Source: an uncultured Nitrososphaerota archaeon
GTDB taxonomy: Archaea > Thermoproteota > EX4484-205 > JAAOZP01
DNA: 64,000 bases
Assembly (NCBI GenBank): GCA_964416155.1
Contig: CAYQCW010000005.1
Coordinates: 87,364-151,363 of the forward strand
Reading direction: 5' to 3'
The notes under the pieces were generated by a model, which saw nothing but the letters and a program-made list of their open reading frames with translations, was not told where the DNA came from and made no database searches. Positions 19,515 through 28,717 of the stretch are shown in pieces. The position numbers and the translations under genes are program-made. Position 1 is the stretch's first letter; the number at the start of each line of letters is the position of its first letter.

Positions 19515-20078
19515 TCAACTCAAAACAGTATCTGCCTGGTTTTTCAAAGCTCTGTATATCACTGGTGCGGCGATCGGGAAGAGCAGTGCATTGGAAAGCT
19601 CGTGGAAGATACCCATTGGGATGGGGAAGTTCATTGTGATCAACCCCATGAGAACAGAACCGTAGAACAAATACCCGACGAAAGCATTCGTCACAAGATC
19701 GTATATTAGGGTTGAAAAAAGCCCTATCGAAGCAAGAATCAGAGAATCATGAAGGCTTGCTTTAGCTGCTCTGAATCCCAGGGATCTAGGCATTTTAGAG
19801 AACAACACGTATACCATTTCACTGAGCGTGACAATTATTAGCGTTGGAAGGTTGAACCCGTATGGATTCAGTGTTCCGTAAACAATCCATACGAGTATTG
19901 CGAGACATGCCCCAAACTTTAAACCCATGGCCATGCTTGACGCGAAAACTATCACATCCATAAGCTTAACATTGGGTAAACTTATCAGAACATAGTTTGA
20001 GGAGATGGCTAGGGCTGCTAATACGGCCATTGAGGCGACTCTCTTAGCCAAGAGTCTTGATGACACGTAGGTCAACAC
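19515..20078 (-). CDS. ECF transporter S component (CbrT-like)
   Basis: LPNVKLMD, YDLVTN, HELSN; about 5-6 TM. Confidence 0.8.
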   Translation of the reverse strand: MLTYVSSRLLAKRVASMAVLAALAISSNYVLISLPNVKLMDVIVFASSMAMGLKFGACLAILVWIVYGTLNPYGFNLPTLIIVTLSEMVYVLFSKMPRSLGFRAAKASLHDSLILASIGLFSTLIYDLVTNAFVGYLFYGSVLMGLITMNFPIPMGIFHELSNALLFPIAAPVIYRALKNQADTVLS

Positions 20079-20081
20079 AAC

Positions 20082-20098
20082 TTGGATAATTTATCCAA
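20082..20098. promoter_or_regulatory. Palindromic operator, copy 2
   Basis: Perfect palindrome TTGGATAA-T-TTATCCAA just downstream of the minus-strand TATA TTTAAATA (20103-20110). Confidence 0.8.
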
Positions 20099-20267
20099 CC
20101 ATTATTTAAACATATCGCACCCATCTAATCTTAGTGTATTTTTGTAAACTGCTTATAATCTAGACCGTTTCTACTTTAATTCTAAAAGGTTCTCAGCTAG
20201 CGTGTGCCGCAGCCGGTTTAGGATGTTGAAAAGTTTATAATTCTCCAGAAGAGGTTTTAGGAAAGGA

Positions 20268-21155
20268 ATGCAGCATGGAACCGGAATCATGCTGGCAATT
20301 TTAATCATATTGATTATTGCCGGCTATTTAGGTTATCAATACTATGCTGAGCATCTTTTACGGTCAGAAAGAATTTCTTCACTCATGAAATACGCTAACA
20401 CTACGGATTACTATAAGGCGTCTCTGTTCGATGAAAAATACAGTCACCTGGCTTCTGATGGAAAATATAACCAGAGCGTCCTAAGCTTCTTCCTGCACTG
20501 GCTAGCAAACAATAGTTTAGACTATACTCAGTATTTACGTGAGCAACAAAGGTTCGAAAGAATCCATACTCTAATGAAGCATGCTAACACGACTGATTAC
20601 GATAATGCTCTTCTATTCGACAATAAGTATAGCCACATGGCTAACGTTAACAGTTACAATCAGAGCGTTTCAGAATTCTTTTCCCACTGGCTCGTAAACC
20701 GTAGCTTGGCTGAAACATGCTTAGAGATTCTTGGGAGTGTTGAGAATGCTAACAAGTATCTCTCCAAGTCAAACTCCTACGTTACCAGCTATTATTCTAG
20801 AGATGATCTGACACTAGTACTCTCAGTTTTCACAGATAGGGATGAGTATCAATTGACAAATGATGAGGTCAATTTTACAATCATCCTGCTTAGCAGTAAG
20901 AATCTCGGCGAGGTCAATATTGAAATATTCGGCTTTAAGAACCGTTATGGGGGGTATGTGGTGAAAAATAAGTGGATTGACCCCAGCGGGGTCTTGAGCA
21001 TTCACGTTACAAAAGGTTTTAGTTCAAAATCTTTCATCATAAATGTTCCATGCTCTCCATGCTATTTGGTTGAAAGTGGGCGGAACACTCTGACGTGCGT
21101 AATTAAACACAATACTTTGAACCTGAACGTTACCAAAATATTTCTATTGAAGTAA
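20268..21155 (+). CDS. Membrane-anchored exported protein with a 63-aa internal duplication
   Basis: N-terminal TM; ERI..LMK.ANTTDY..A.LFD.KYSH.A....YNQSV..FF.HWL.N.SL occurs twice; AT-rich. Confidence 0.75.
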   Translation: MQHGTGIMLAILIILIIAGYLGYQYYAEHLLRSERISSLMKYANTTDYYKASLFDEKYSHLASDGKYNQSVLSFFLHWLANNSLDYTQYLREQQRFERIHTLMKHANTTDYDNALLFDNKYSHMANVNSYNQSVSEFFSHWLVNRSLAETCLEILGSVENANKYLSKSNSYVTSYYSRDDLTLVLSVFTDRDEYQLTNDEVNFTIILLSSKNLGEVNIEIFGFKNRYGGYVVKNKWIDPSGVLSIHVTKGFSSKSFIINVPCSPCYLVESGRNTLTCVIKHNTLNLNVTKIFLLK

Positions 21156-21160
21156 GGGTC

Positions 21161-22291
21161 TTGAGATTGACGCGATCATTCTTCAACATTTTTCCCGGTT
21201 TTCTCATCCTTGCTTTAACTGTTCTTATGCTCGCTACTCCTCTTATTGTTCTTGTTGCTGAGCAGCAAGCTATAACTGTTTACTATTTTGTCGCAGAGGG
21301 TTGTGAGCATTGCGCAAGGGTTGAGGATTATATTAGCAGGATTAAGGCAAGTTATCCCGCCGTGGTTTTCAAAAGGTTCGAAATCTCGAATAACGATACC
21401 AGTATAGAGCTATTCGTGTCTCTTGCCGAAGGCTTTAACATAACAGAGGAGTCTCGCGAGGTTCCGGCGGTCTTCATAGGGGACACATGCTTGATCGGAG
21501 AGGAGGAGACCACTAAAAACCTTGAGAAATTGATGCTTGAGTACAGCCATGGCCGCGAATATCGCGATAAGGCTGGAGAAATAATAAGGGCTTTTATTGA
21601 GCAGCATCCGCCAATTGTCCCTCTGCCCTCACTAGCCAGCGTGGTCGTCGCAGCCTTCATAGACTCGTTGAACCCTTGCGCATTTGCGACGATAATTCTA
21701 CTCATCACGTACTCTCTCCAAACCGGTCCCTCGAGAAGAATGCTGATCACGTGCGGAGCCTTCATCACCGGTGTCATGGTGTCCTATATGGCTGCGGGAG
21801 TGGGACTGCTATACGTGATCGGCATAGCCTCGTTTAGAAGCATGTTACGCTACATCATCGGTTCAGCAGCCATCCTGTTCAGCGTTCTAGAGTTTAAAGA
21901 ATTCCTCTACTATGGTAAAGGCTTCAGCCTCGAGCAGCCCGGAGTCTTAAGCAGAATCCTGGGAAAGTATTCGGAAAAAATGAGCGTTGGCGCAGGCCTC
22001 TTAGTCGGCATGGCCGTCTCAATAGTTGAACTCCCATGCACAGGCGGAATATACATAATCATACTCTACTTGCTTTCTAAAATAGGCTTGACGCTTGAAG
22101 TCTTTCTCCTACTCCTGCTTTACAATCTGATATTCATCCTCCCACTCTTAGCAATACTCATAATAGTATACTTTGGCAGAAGCGTGGCCGAGATAGATGC
22201 CTGGAGGATTGAGAAGAGAAGATACATGAGGCTTCTGGCAGGTGTCCTGCTCTTAATAATAGGCGTTGCGATAATCGCTGGCTTGATCTAG
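21161..22291 (+). CDS. Thioredoxin-like + CcdA/DsbD-type membrane protein
   Basis: CEHC, VP, DSLNPCA, ELPCTGG. Confidence 0.88.
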   Translation: MRLTRSFFNIFPGFLILALTVLMLATPLIVLVAEQQAITVYYFVAEGCEHCARVEDYISRIKASYPAVVFKRFEISNNDTSIELFVSLAEGFNITEESREVPAVFIGDTCLIGEEETTKNLEKLMLEYSHGREYRDKAGEIIRAFIEQHPPIVPLPSLASVVVAAFIDSLNPCAFATIILLITYSLQTGPSRRMLITCGAFITGVMVSYMAAGVGLLYVIGIASFRSMLRYIIGSAAILFSVLEFKEFLYYGKGFSLEQPGVLSRILGKYSEKMSVGAGLLVGMAVSIVELPCTGGIYIIILYLLSKIGLTLEVFLLLLLYNLIFILPLLAILIIVYFGRSVAEIDAWRIEKRRYMRLLAGVLLLIIGVAIIAGLI

Positions 22292-22348
22292 ACTAATAGC
22301 CGAGGGTTTTATTTAAATATCCTAGTTTCCCTATACCAGTGTAAACCT

Positions 22349-23135
22349 ATGGGTGAAGTCAGCGATGCGGAAAGTCCTGCAAGGATTGTGAACTATACCA
22401 ATTTTGCGGTGGTTATACTCCATCAAGAAGCGATGTCTGCCTAGTTAACCTGTGCATTTCCAAAGGCTTGAGGGTAAAGGACCTCACAGCGAGTTGTAAG
22501 ACCTGTATGTGCACTTCAGTCTGCATTAAATCCAGATCCTACTGCCGCCAAAGGCGGATAAGCTTTGTGAGCTTCCACTGGCTTCAAAGGCTGGGATTTA
22601 AGCAAGTGGCTCTCCACGCCACCGAGTACGTTCTGAATTACGAGGATGAACAAGCCCGGGACCTCATGGGGGCGGCGGTTTTAAAGATGATAAAGCTCAG
22701 GGTTAAGCCTCCTATAATAGAAACTGCAAGCCTGAGATCACTACCCTATGGGTTATGCAGAGAGTTTCCCGAGGCATCCTTCGCCGGAATGGGCTGGCTT
22801 CTCAGCGCTGAGAAGTTCCATGCATACCATGGTCTAGACGCACTGGATTTGAAAGCCTGCGTCATGGAGTGCAGCTGCCAAGCATGTCTCGGTAAACCAG
22901 GAACCGGGTTTCGAGGAGTGATGAAGACATTGCCGAGCACAACTTAATCCAGCTCAAGAATTTCAGAGGGGAAGAAAGCGAGCGAGAACATTAGTGTTTT
23001 GACACTGTGGTAGAACACGGGACCGTGGCAGTCGTAGCCGACCTCCATATCGGGACAAACCAGTCGCTCTGGGAGATGTGTCTTGAAAGTCTAAGATTCG
23101 TCCTTCATACTTGATTCTGCTTGGAGACACCTTAA
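22349..23135 (+). pseudogene. Decayed Cys-rich + TGT-like + metallophosphoesterase gene (cassette copy A, left part)
   Basis: CGKSCKDC..CGG..CLVNLC..CKTC; CSCQAC...EHNL; VVADLHIG; LILLGD; with frameshifts and stops. Confidence 0.65.
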
Positions 23136-23143
23136 GCGCGCGC

Positions 23144-23640
23144 TAAGCCTCCCAACATGGACTATGAAAATAACATGTTGGAAGATTTATGTGGAGTAAA
23201 AGCCAACATTAAGCCTGAGGAAATCTATTACACAGAAAAATATGGCTACCGAGTATCCTGGTGGGCACGAATTGGTGGTAAAGAGAATTATGAAGTTATA
23301 AAAGGAATTGGTTTAGATAGAAGAGGGAAGCATTATGACTAAAAGACATGAGAGAATGGAGTTCCCCTAAGAGTTAGACGAGGAAAAAGTTATGAAGAGG
23401 TGGCATGAGGCAATTAGAGCAGCTTCCTCGTTAGTCAGGTCGGCCTTTCAAAATGGGAAGGTGAAAACCTTGACAAAGCGTGAAGTTTCTAAAGAGGATA
23501 GAGTGAAGGAGAAACAGAAAACTCCGGCTTAATCTGTTGAAAATGTATTTCTGAGCAGAAATGTTGCCAGGCTTACAGAGGATGAACTGAAAGAGGCTAT
23601 ATAAGAAGATTATACCAAGGTCTTGAAGAATAGGGTTATT
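23144..23640 (+). pseudogene. Decayed AT-rich gene fragments (cassette copy A, right part)
   Basis: ORF 23157-23342 plus LDEEKVMKRWHEAIRAA; weakly similar to the EEIKKRVEALVLAY family. Confidence 0.4.
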
Positions 23641-23644
23641 CTCG

Positions 23645-24979
23645 TTAATAGCCGAATGCTTTAGTTATTTTAACATTTCTGATAATCGCTGTCGGAACAT
23701 ACGTAGGGGTGCTGACTTCCCACCACACTATTCCGTAAAGCCTGTCTGAGAGTTCTTCAACGTTTAAGATGATTTTTTGGAGGTTGTCGCTTATTCTGAG
23801 TCCCTTGACAGGGTGCTTAATCTCCCCATCCTCCACGTAGAACGCGCCGTCCCTCACGATGGTTGAAAAGTCCCCAGACCTGTAGTTTTGATACCTCTGA
23901 TACCAAGAGTTGGTTAAGCATAGTCCTTTTCCCAGTTTCTGTAGCATGTCTTCCTCTTTAGTGTTTCCGGGTTCAACCACAATGTTCCACGGGTGGGGTC
24001 TTATTATTCCAGCGTTTCCGGTTGATGATGCTCCCGCGATCTTCGCCGTCCTGCTGTTGTGCAGGTAGTTTCTGAGGATGCCGTTTTCGATAATGGTTGT
24101 TCTCTGCGTCGGCATGCCCTCGTCGTCGAAAACTTTTTCCCCAAGCCCGCCGGGCATCGTGGGGTCGTCACGGATGGTTAGTTTCCCAGAGCCGATTTTC
24201 TCACCCATCTTTCCCGTCATGAAGCTCATTTCTATCTGGATGAGGAAGCCTGAGGCGAAGTCAGCGACCTCGCTCATCATGTTTGCAAATATTAGGGGCC
24301 CCATGTAAACATCGTAAGCCCCCTCCTCGATGAGAATTGGGTTGAGGCTCATCACAGCTATTTCCCCAGCCTTCCTTCCTGCTTCATAAGGGTTGAAGCC
24401 TTCTAGGCTTGTTGAGCACGAGACCCACTGCCCTGTTGCCTCCGGGCTGGCGAACGCGCGGTGGTTAAGTGTCAGGGATGCGAACTCTTCTTGAAGGCTT
24501 AAGCCGGTTGAAGATGCGAGTTTCTCAACCATGTGGCTCGAGTAAATTATTCCTGCGCTTCTCTCCGCGCCAGCCTCTCTACTCGCCTTAACGGCTTCGG
24601 AAACATGGGAGACCAGCTGCTCGTCAAGCTGTCTAATCCTCCTCTCCACCTTTTTCCCAACCCTATAGTTGAAGACTCCTCTTGGAAGGGGCGCGTAGAA
24701 AGGTGTTGGAGGAGTGTTTTTAGTAAGGGTTACGACGTCGTCTACAATCTTCTCCAGAAAGTCCTCAGACACGTTTTCGAAACCCCCTATGAAACACCTC
24801 TCTTTAATGTTGCTGTATATCGTCAGCGTACTGATGTTCTCTGAAAGAGCCACAGTAGGCTCGTTGTTAGCATACCTCATGGAGCTTTCCTCAGTCTCGT
24901 ACAGGATCACTATCGCCTCGTCGACACCCCTGTCAGTAAGCATTTTCAAAGCCTTCTCGTGTAGCTCAACCATTTTCAA
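23645..24979 (-). CDS. TldE/PmbA protein
   Basis: MRYANNE, FDDEG.PT, STGNAG, SGDFS; no HExxxH. Confidence 0.9.
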   Translation of the reverse strand: MKMVELHEKALKMLTDRGVDEAIVILYETEESSMRYANNEPTVALSENISTLTIYSNIKERCFIGGFENVSEDFLEKIVDDVVTLTKNTPPTPFYAPLPRGVFNYRVGKKVERRIRQLDEQLVSHVSEAVKASREAGAERSAGIIYSSHMVEKLASSTGLSLQEEFASLTLNHRAFASPEATGQWVSCSTSLEGFNPYEAGRKAGEIAVMSLNPILIEEGAYDVYMGPLIFANMMSEVADFASGFLIQIEMSFMTGKMGEKIGSGKLTIRDDPTMPGGLGEKVFDDEGMPTQRTTIIENGILRNYLHNSRTAKIAGASSTGNAGIIRPHPWNIVVEPGNTKEEDMLQKLGKGLCLTNSWYQRYQNYRSGDFSTIVRDGAFYVEDGEIKHPVKGLRISDNLQKIILNVEELSDRLYGIVWWEVSTPTYVPTAIIRNVKITKAFGY

Positions 24980-26424
24980 CCAACCCTCCTGATCATGATG
25001 TTTCTCATTCTAAGGCTCGGCCCACCCATGTATACTGGCATGCCCTGCATTGGGTCTCCCTTGCCGCAGGTCGCTGCGACTAAATCCAAATCTTTCCCAA
25101 CTGCATCCACGCTTGAGAAAAGCTTCTCAGTAGTTATCTCTATCACAGGGTTTCTCACAGGCGTGGTTATCTTACCTTCCTCTATCATGTATGCTTCCAG
25201 CCCCACATACCTCTGGTTCCACCTCTTGTCATCAATATTCCACTCCATGAAGCTCTTCACGTAAACACCTTTAGCGACACCGCTTAAAAGCTCTTCAAGA
25301 CTATAGTCGCCTGGAAGTATGAAAGTGTTGGACATTCTAACAATCGGCTCCACGCTGTATCTTGAAGCCCTTGCTGAACCATTACTCTTAAGGCCAAGTT
25401 TCGCGGCTGTCTCCCTGTTCAGAAGGAACTCGCATATTTTACCCTCCTTGATCAAGTATTTCCTCCTAGCTTTAACACCCTCGTCGTCGAAAAGATAGAA
25501 CCCGTATGACCTGGGTATGGTCGGATCATCAACCACGTTAACCGCCTCGCTCCCTATTGTCCTGTTCAAGTCGCCTGCTTTCAAGTATGATTCACCAGCC
25601 TGAGCCCCTTCTCTTCCAAGTATCCTATCCGCCTCGCCAGGGTGTCCCGAGGCCTCATGGGAAATTATTCCCGCAACCTCGCTACCGACCACAACATCCA
25701 TAACTCCCTCCGGAGCCTTAACGGATTCTGTAAGCATCTTGTGAAGAGTCTTGACCTCAGCGCCCAGCTTCTCTTCAAGCCTCCAAGACTCCACAACCTC
25801 CACGCCGCCTGATCCTCCGAATTGCAAGGTTCTCTGTATAATCCCCTTAGAGGGGTCGGTCACTGTTACCAGCATGAAAAAAGAGGGCTGGGGAACCACT
25901 GCTGAGACCAGTGCACCCTCCGTGTTTGCATAAACCCTCTCAGTCCTCCTCTCAGAATACCCTAGGTGTCTTGAGGAGACATTAACTCCTTGGCTTATCA
26001 CCGTCTTATCCAGGTTTTTCAGGAGGTCGATCTTGCTGCTTAAAGACCAGTCTTCAAGCCTCTTTTTCTCATAGACCCTCCAGTCAACAGAGTAAGCTTC
26101 CTCCTCCGAGAAACATATCCTGCTTGTCTTAAGGTGTGAGGATGCTCGCGCCATTTTAACCGCTTTATCCACAACCCTGGTGACGGTTTCCGGTTTGAGT
26201 GTGTTGGTGGAGGCGAAGCCCAGTCCGCCGTTAACCAGAACCCTAATCCCCATTCCCACCTCGTAGCCCGCCATAACGCCTTCCACCCCCCCGTTCCTCA
26301 GGGATGCTCCGCTATGAGAATCACTATGGAACCTGGCTTCAGCGTAGGAGGCTCCTGTTGCAATAGCATAGTCAAGAACCTTTTTCGAGAGTTCAACAAT
26401 ATCGTTCATTTTCTTTTTCTCCAT
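24976..26424 (-). CDS. tldD: TldD metalloprotease
   Basis: HEASGH, FDDEGV, RMSNT, CGKG. Confidence 0.93.
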   Translation of the reverse strand: MEKKKMNDIVELSKKVLDYAIATGASYAEARFHSDSHSGASLRNGGVEGVMAGYEVGMGIRVLVNGGLGFASTNTLKPETVTRVVDKAVKMARASSHLKTSRICFSEEEAYSVDWRVYEKKRLEDWSLSSKIDLLKNLDKTVISQGVNVSSRHLGYSERRTERVYANTEGALVSAVVPQPSFFMLVTVTDPSKGIIQRTLQFGGSGGVEVVESWRLEEKLGAEVKTLHKMLTESVKAPEGVMDVVVGSEVAGIISHEASGHPGEADRILGREGAQAGESYLKAGDLNRTIGSEAVNVVDDPTIPRSYGFYLFDDEGVKARRKYLIKEGKICEFLLNRETAAKLGLKSNGSARASRYSVEPIVRMSNTFILPGDYSLEELLSGVAKGVYVKSFMEWNIDDKRWNQRYVGLEAYMIEEGKITTPVRNPVIEITTEKLFSSVDAVGKDLDLVAATCGKGDPMQGMPVYMGGPSLRMRNIMIRRVG

Positions 26425-26514
26425 TCCTAAACTTCTAAAAGAGACTTATAAACCTCTCTTAAACCTCCGGGGAAAAATTAATCTAGGGCTTAAAGCCAAA
26501 TATTACTACAAGGT

Positions 26515-26916
26515 TTGACGGAGGGCTTGAGAAGGGTTCTTTCCGAGATTCAGGTATCCTTGTCTCCAATAAACGTTTCTATGAAGAAGTGTATTGACGA
26601 TGGTTTGAAGAGTCTCGACGATATGAATAGTCTTGGCAACAGGCTTATTTTCCTGGCGGAGTGCTTCAGGGACCAGCTTAAAGAGTTGAAGCACACGGTT
26701 CTCGTATTCACGCTGATGGATGCCGGGTTAAGCGTTGTACACAGGGTTAGAGAGTTGAAGAATAGGGCTCTCTTAGAGGATGATACTGTTTTCTTCACCG
26801 AGGTATACTTGATGATGAAGCTTATTGAAGACACCATCGCTTCTGGAGAGTATTTCGAGGAGCTGGCTAAAATATATCAGAAGAGGCTCAGCGAAGATCT
26901 CCACACTCGCACGTAG
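26515..26916 (+). CDS. Hypothetical helical protein
   Basis: 133-aa ORF with host-like codon use. Confidence 0.65.
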   Translation: MTEGLRRVLSEIQVSLSPINVSMKKCIDDGLKSLDDMNSLGNRLIFLAECFRDQLKELKHTVLVFTLMDAGLSVVHRVRELKNRALLEDDTVFFTEVYLMMKLIEDTIASGEYFEELAKIYQKRLSEDLHTRT

Positions 26917-27643
26917 CGTCATGTATAAGAGAATCCATCAGGTCCAGCCCGGCTCCAGATAGGGCTGAAACCAGAACCGTCCTCTGCCTTCTGAGAAAAG
27001 GTTGAACTATCTTAGAGTGCTCCAGAACGTATTCTTGTAGGACCCCAGCCTCTTCTTCAACAATCCTCCCCTCCAGGTACTCCGGCTCCTGCATCAGTTT
27101 TTCAAGGTCGCTCCTGCTTAAAACATCTGCCTTCGTCACCACGTGGACGAAGGGCACGTTGAGCCTAAGCCTGCAAGCTGCTGCGAGAGAGAAAACTGCT
27201 ATAAGGTCGCTTGGAGAACATATAAGCTGGCCGTCTATCAGGAAGACCACTATCGTCCTGGCTACTGCGGAGAGCCCCCTCATTATCTCCGGCCCGGCGC
27301 TTCTAAATACGAAAAGCTCGCTTTGGCCAGGCGTGTCTATAAGCATGTAGTCCTCCTCCAGCATACTTATCTGGGACGCGAGCTCCAAGCTTTTCTCAGC
27401 CAAAATATCCATTGCCCTTATCATGGCCCCGTTGGGGCCGAGCGACTCCCTCCTCATTATCTCCTCAACCGTGAAGAAGACTCTTATGTCGAATGATGGT
27501 GAATACAGGGTTTCCTCAACACCGGGATCAAGATTTATGAAGGAAGCCTTCCTGCCACTCTTGGAAAGCCAGTCTCCATACGCTTTGACAAGCGTCGTCT
27601 TGCCTGACCCCGCTGGCCCTATGAAGACTACCTGTATCGGCAA
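26888..27643 (-). CDS. GPN-loop GTPase
   Basis: GPAGSGKT, NLDPG, LGPNGA, DTPGQ, TKAD, VSA. Confidence 0.95.
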   Translation of the reverse strand: MPIQVVFIGPAGSGKTTLVKAYGDWLSKSGRKASFINLDPGVEETLYSPSFDIRVFFTVEEIMRRESLGPNGAMIRAMDILAEKSLELASQISMLEEDYMLIDTPGQSELFVFRSAGPEIMRGLSAVARTIVVFLIDGQLICSPSDLIAVFSLAAACRLRLNVPFVHVVTKADVLSRSDLEKLMQEPEYLEGRIVEEEAGVLQEYVLEHSKIVQPFLRRQRTVLVSALSGAGLDLMDSLIHDATCECGDLR

Positions 27644-28080
27644 GGTTCGAGTGGAAAAACCGTGCGAAGAAGCTTTTAAACGTGCTCCTGCTGAGAGTAT
27701 AATCCTGTGAAAGTAGAGTGAACGGAACTTTTGCCTTCAAGTGAAATGGACGATTTTCCATCGACTGTTTGCGTCAAAAGCATAGAGCCTGTTTTCTTGC
27801 CATGAAACGCTTGATATTTTTACGGCAGGAGGATGAGCATTACTTCCTTTCGATATCTCTTTCAGACCTTGTTCTTCCAAAGCGACTCCGGAAGAATAAT
27901 GATAGGTGTAAGGATGAGAACGATAACGGTGAGAGTATTTTATTCATATTTTTGTTCACCTCCCCTGTGGTTTTCCACGCATTTGGCTTTCCGATGTTCG
28001 AAAAACTAGACGTTGCTGTCTACAACGGTAGACCGAGCGAAAGTTTAGCGGGGCTATCTAAGCATCTAGACAAGGGGAAC

Positions 28081-28698
28081 CTATGCTTCCCCTTCAATCT
28101 CCTTCAAGAACCTTGAGAGGAATGCTTCCATAAACGCATGCCTTTCCTCCGCGATTCTCCTCGCGGTTTCAGTATTTAGACTATTTTTTAGCTTGAGAAG
28201 CTTTTCGTAGAAATGATCGACCGTTGAACCAGTGCCCCTGCTCCTTGAATACATCGGTATTCCCCTTCCGCCCCCGTGGGAGAAAGTCCTAGCCACACCT
28301 ATAGCGCCCACCGCGTCTAAACGGTCAGCATCCTGAAGAATCCTAGATTCTATGCTGAGTGTTCTAAAACCTTTTCTAAACCTGTGCACCCTAATTGCCT
28401 CAAGAACCATGCTTATCTTCTCGCTAGGGAAACCTATTCGCGAAAGAATTTCCACTGTGATTTCAACACTTTTCTCAGAATGGTCAATACCTTGCTCCAA
28501 CTCGTATCTCATCCCTACATCGTGGAGGAGTGCTGCTGCGATAAGAACCTGCGGATCCCCACCCTCCTTCTCGCAAATTTTCATACACATCCTGCAGACT
28601 CTTTCAGCGTGTAGCCAATCATGCGAGGGATTATTAGAATAGTGTTTTTCAGCTTCCCTCCTGATGGATTCCACCAGAGTATCGTGGCTCAGGCCCAA
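28081..28698 (-). CDS. HD-domain hydrolase
   Basis: HDWLH, LLHD, QDADRLDA.GAIG, HFYEKL. Confidence 0.92.
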   Translation of the reverse strand: MGLSHDTLVESIRREAEKHYSNNPSHDWLHAERVCRMCMKICEKEGGDPQVLIAAALLHDVGMRYELEQGIDHSEKSVEITVEILSRIGFPSEKISMVLEAIRVHRFRKGFRTLSIESRILQDADRLDAVGAIGVARTFSHGGGRGIPMYSRSRGTGSTVDHFYEKLLKLKNSLNTETARRIAEERHAFMEAFLSRFLKEIEGEA

Positions 28699-28717
28699 CT
28701 CCTCTAAACACCTTCCG

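Noticed and set aside
27769-28116. 115-aa plus-strand ORF
   Set aside because: No motif; the region looks more like a minus-strand frameshifted remnant (MNK..ILTVIVLILTPIII) that I cannot assign
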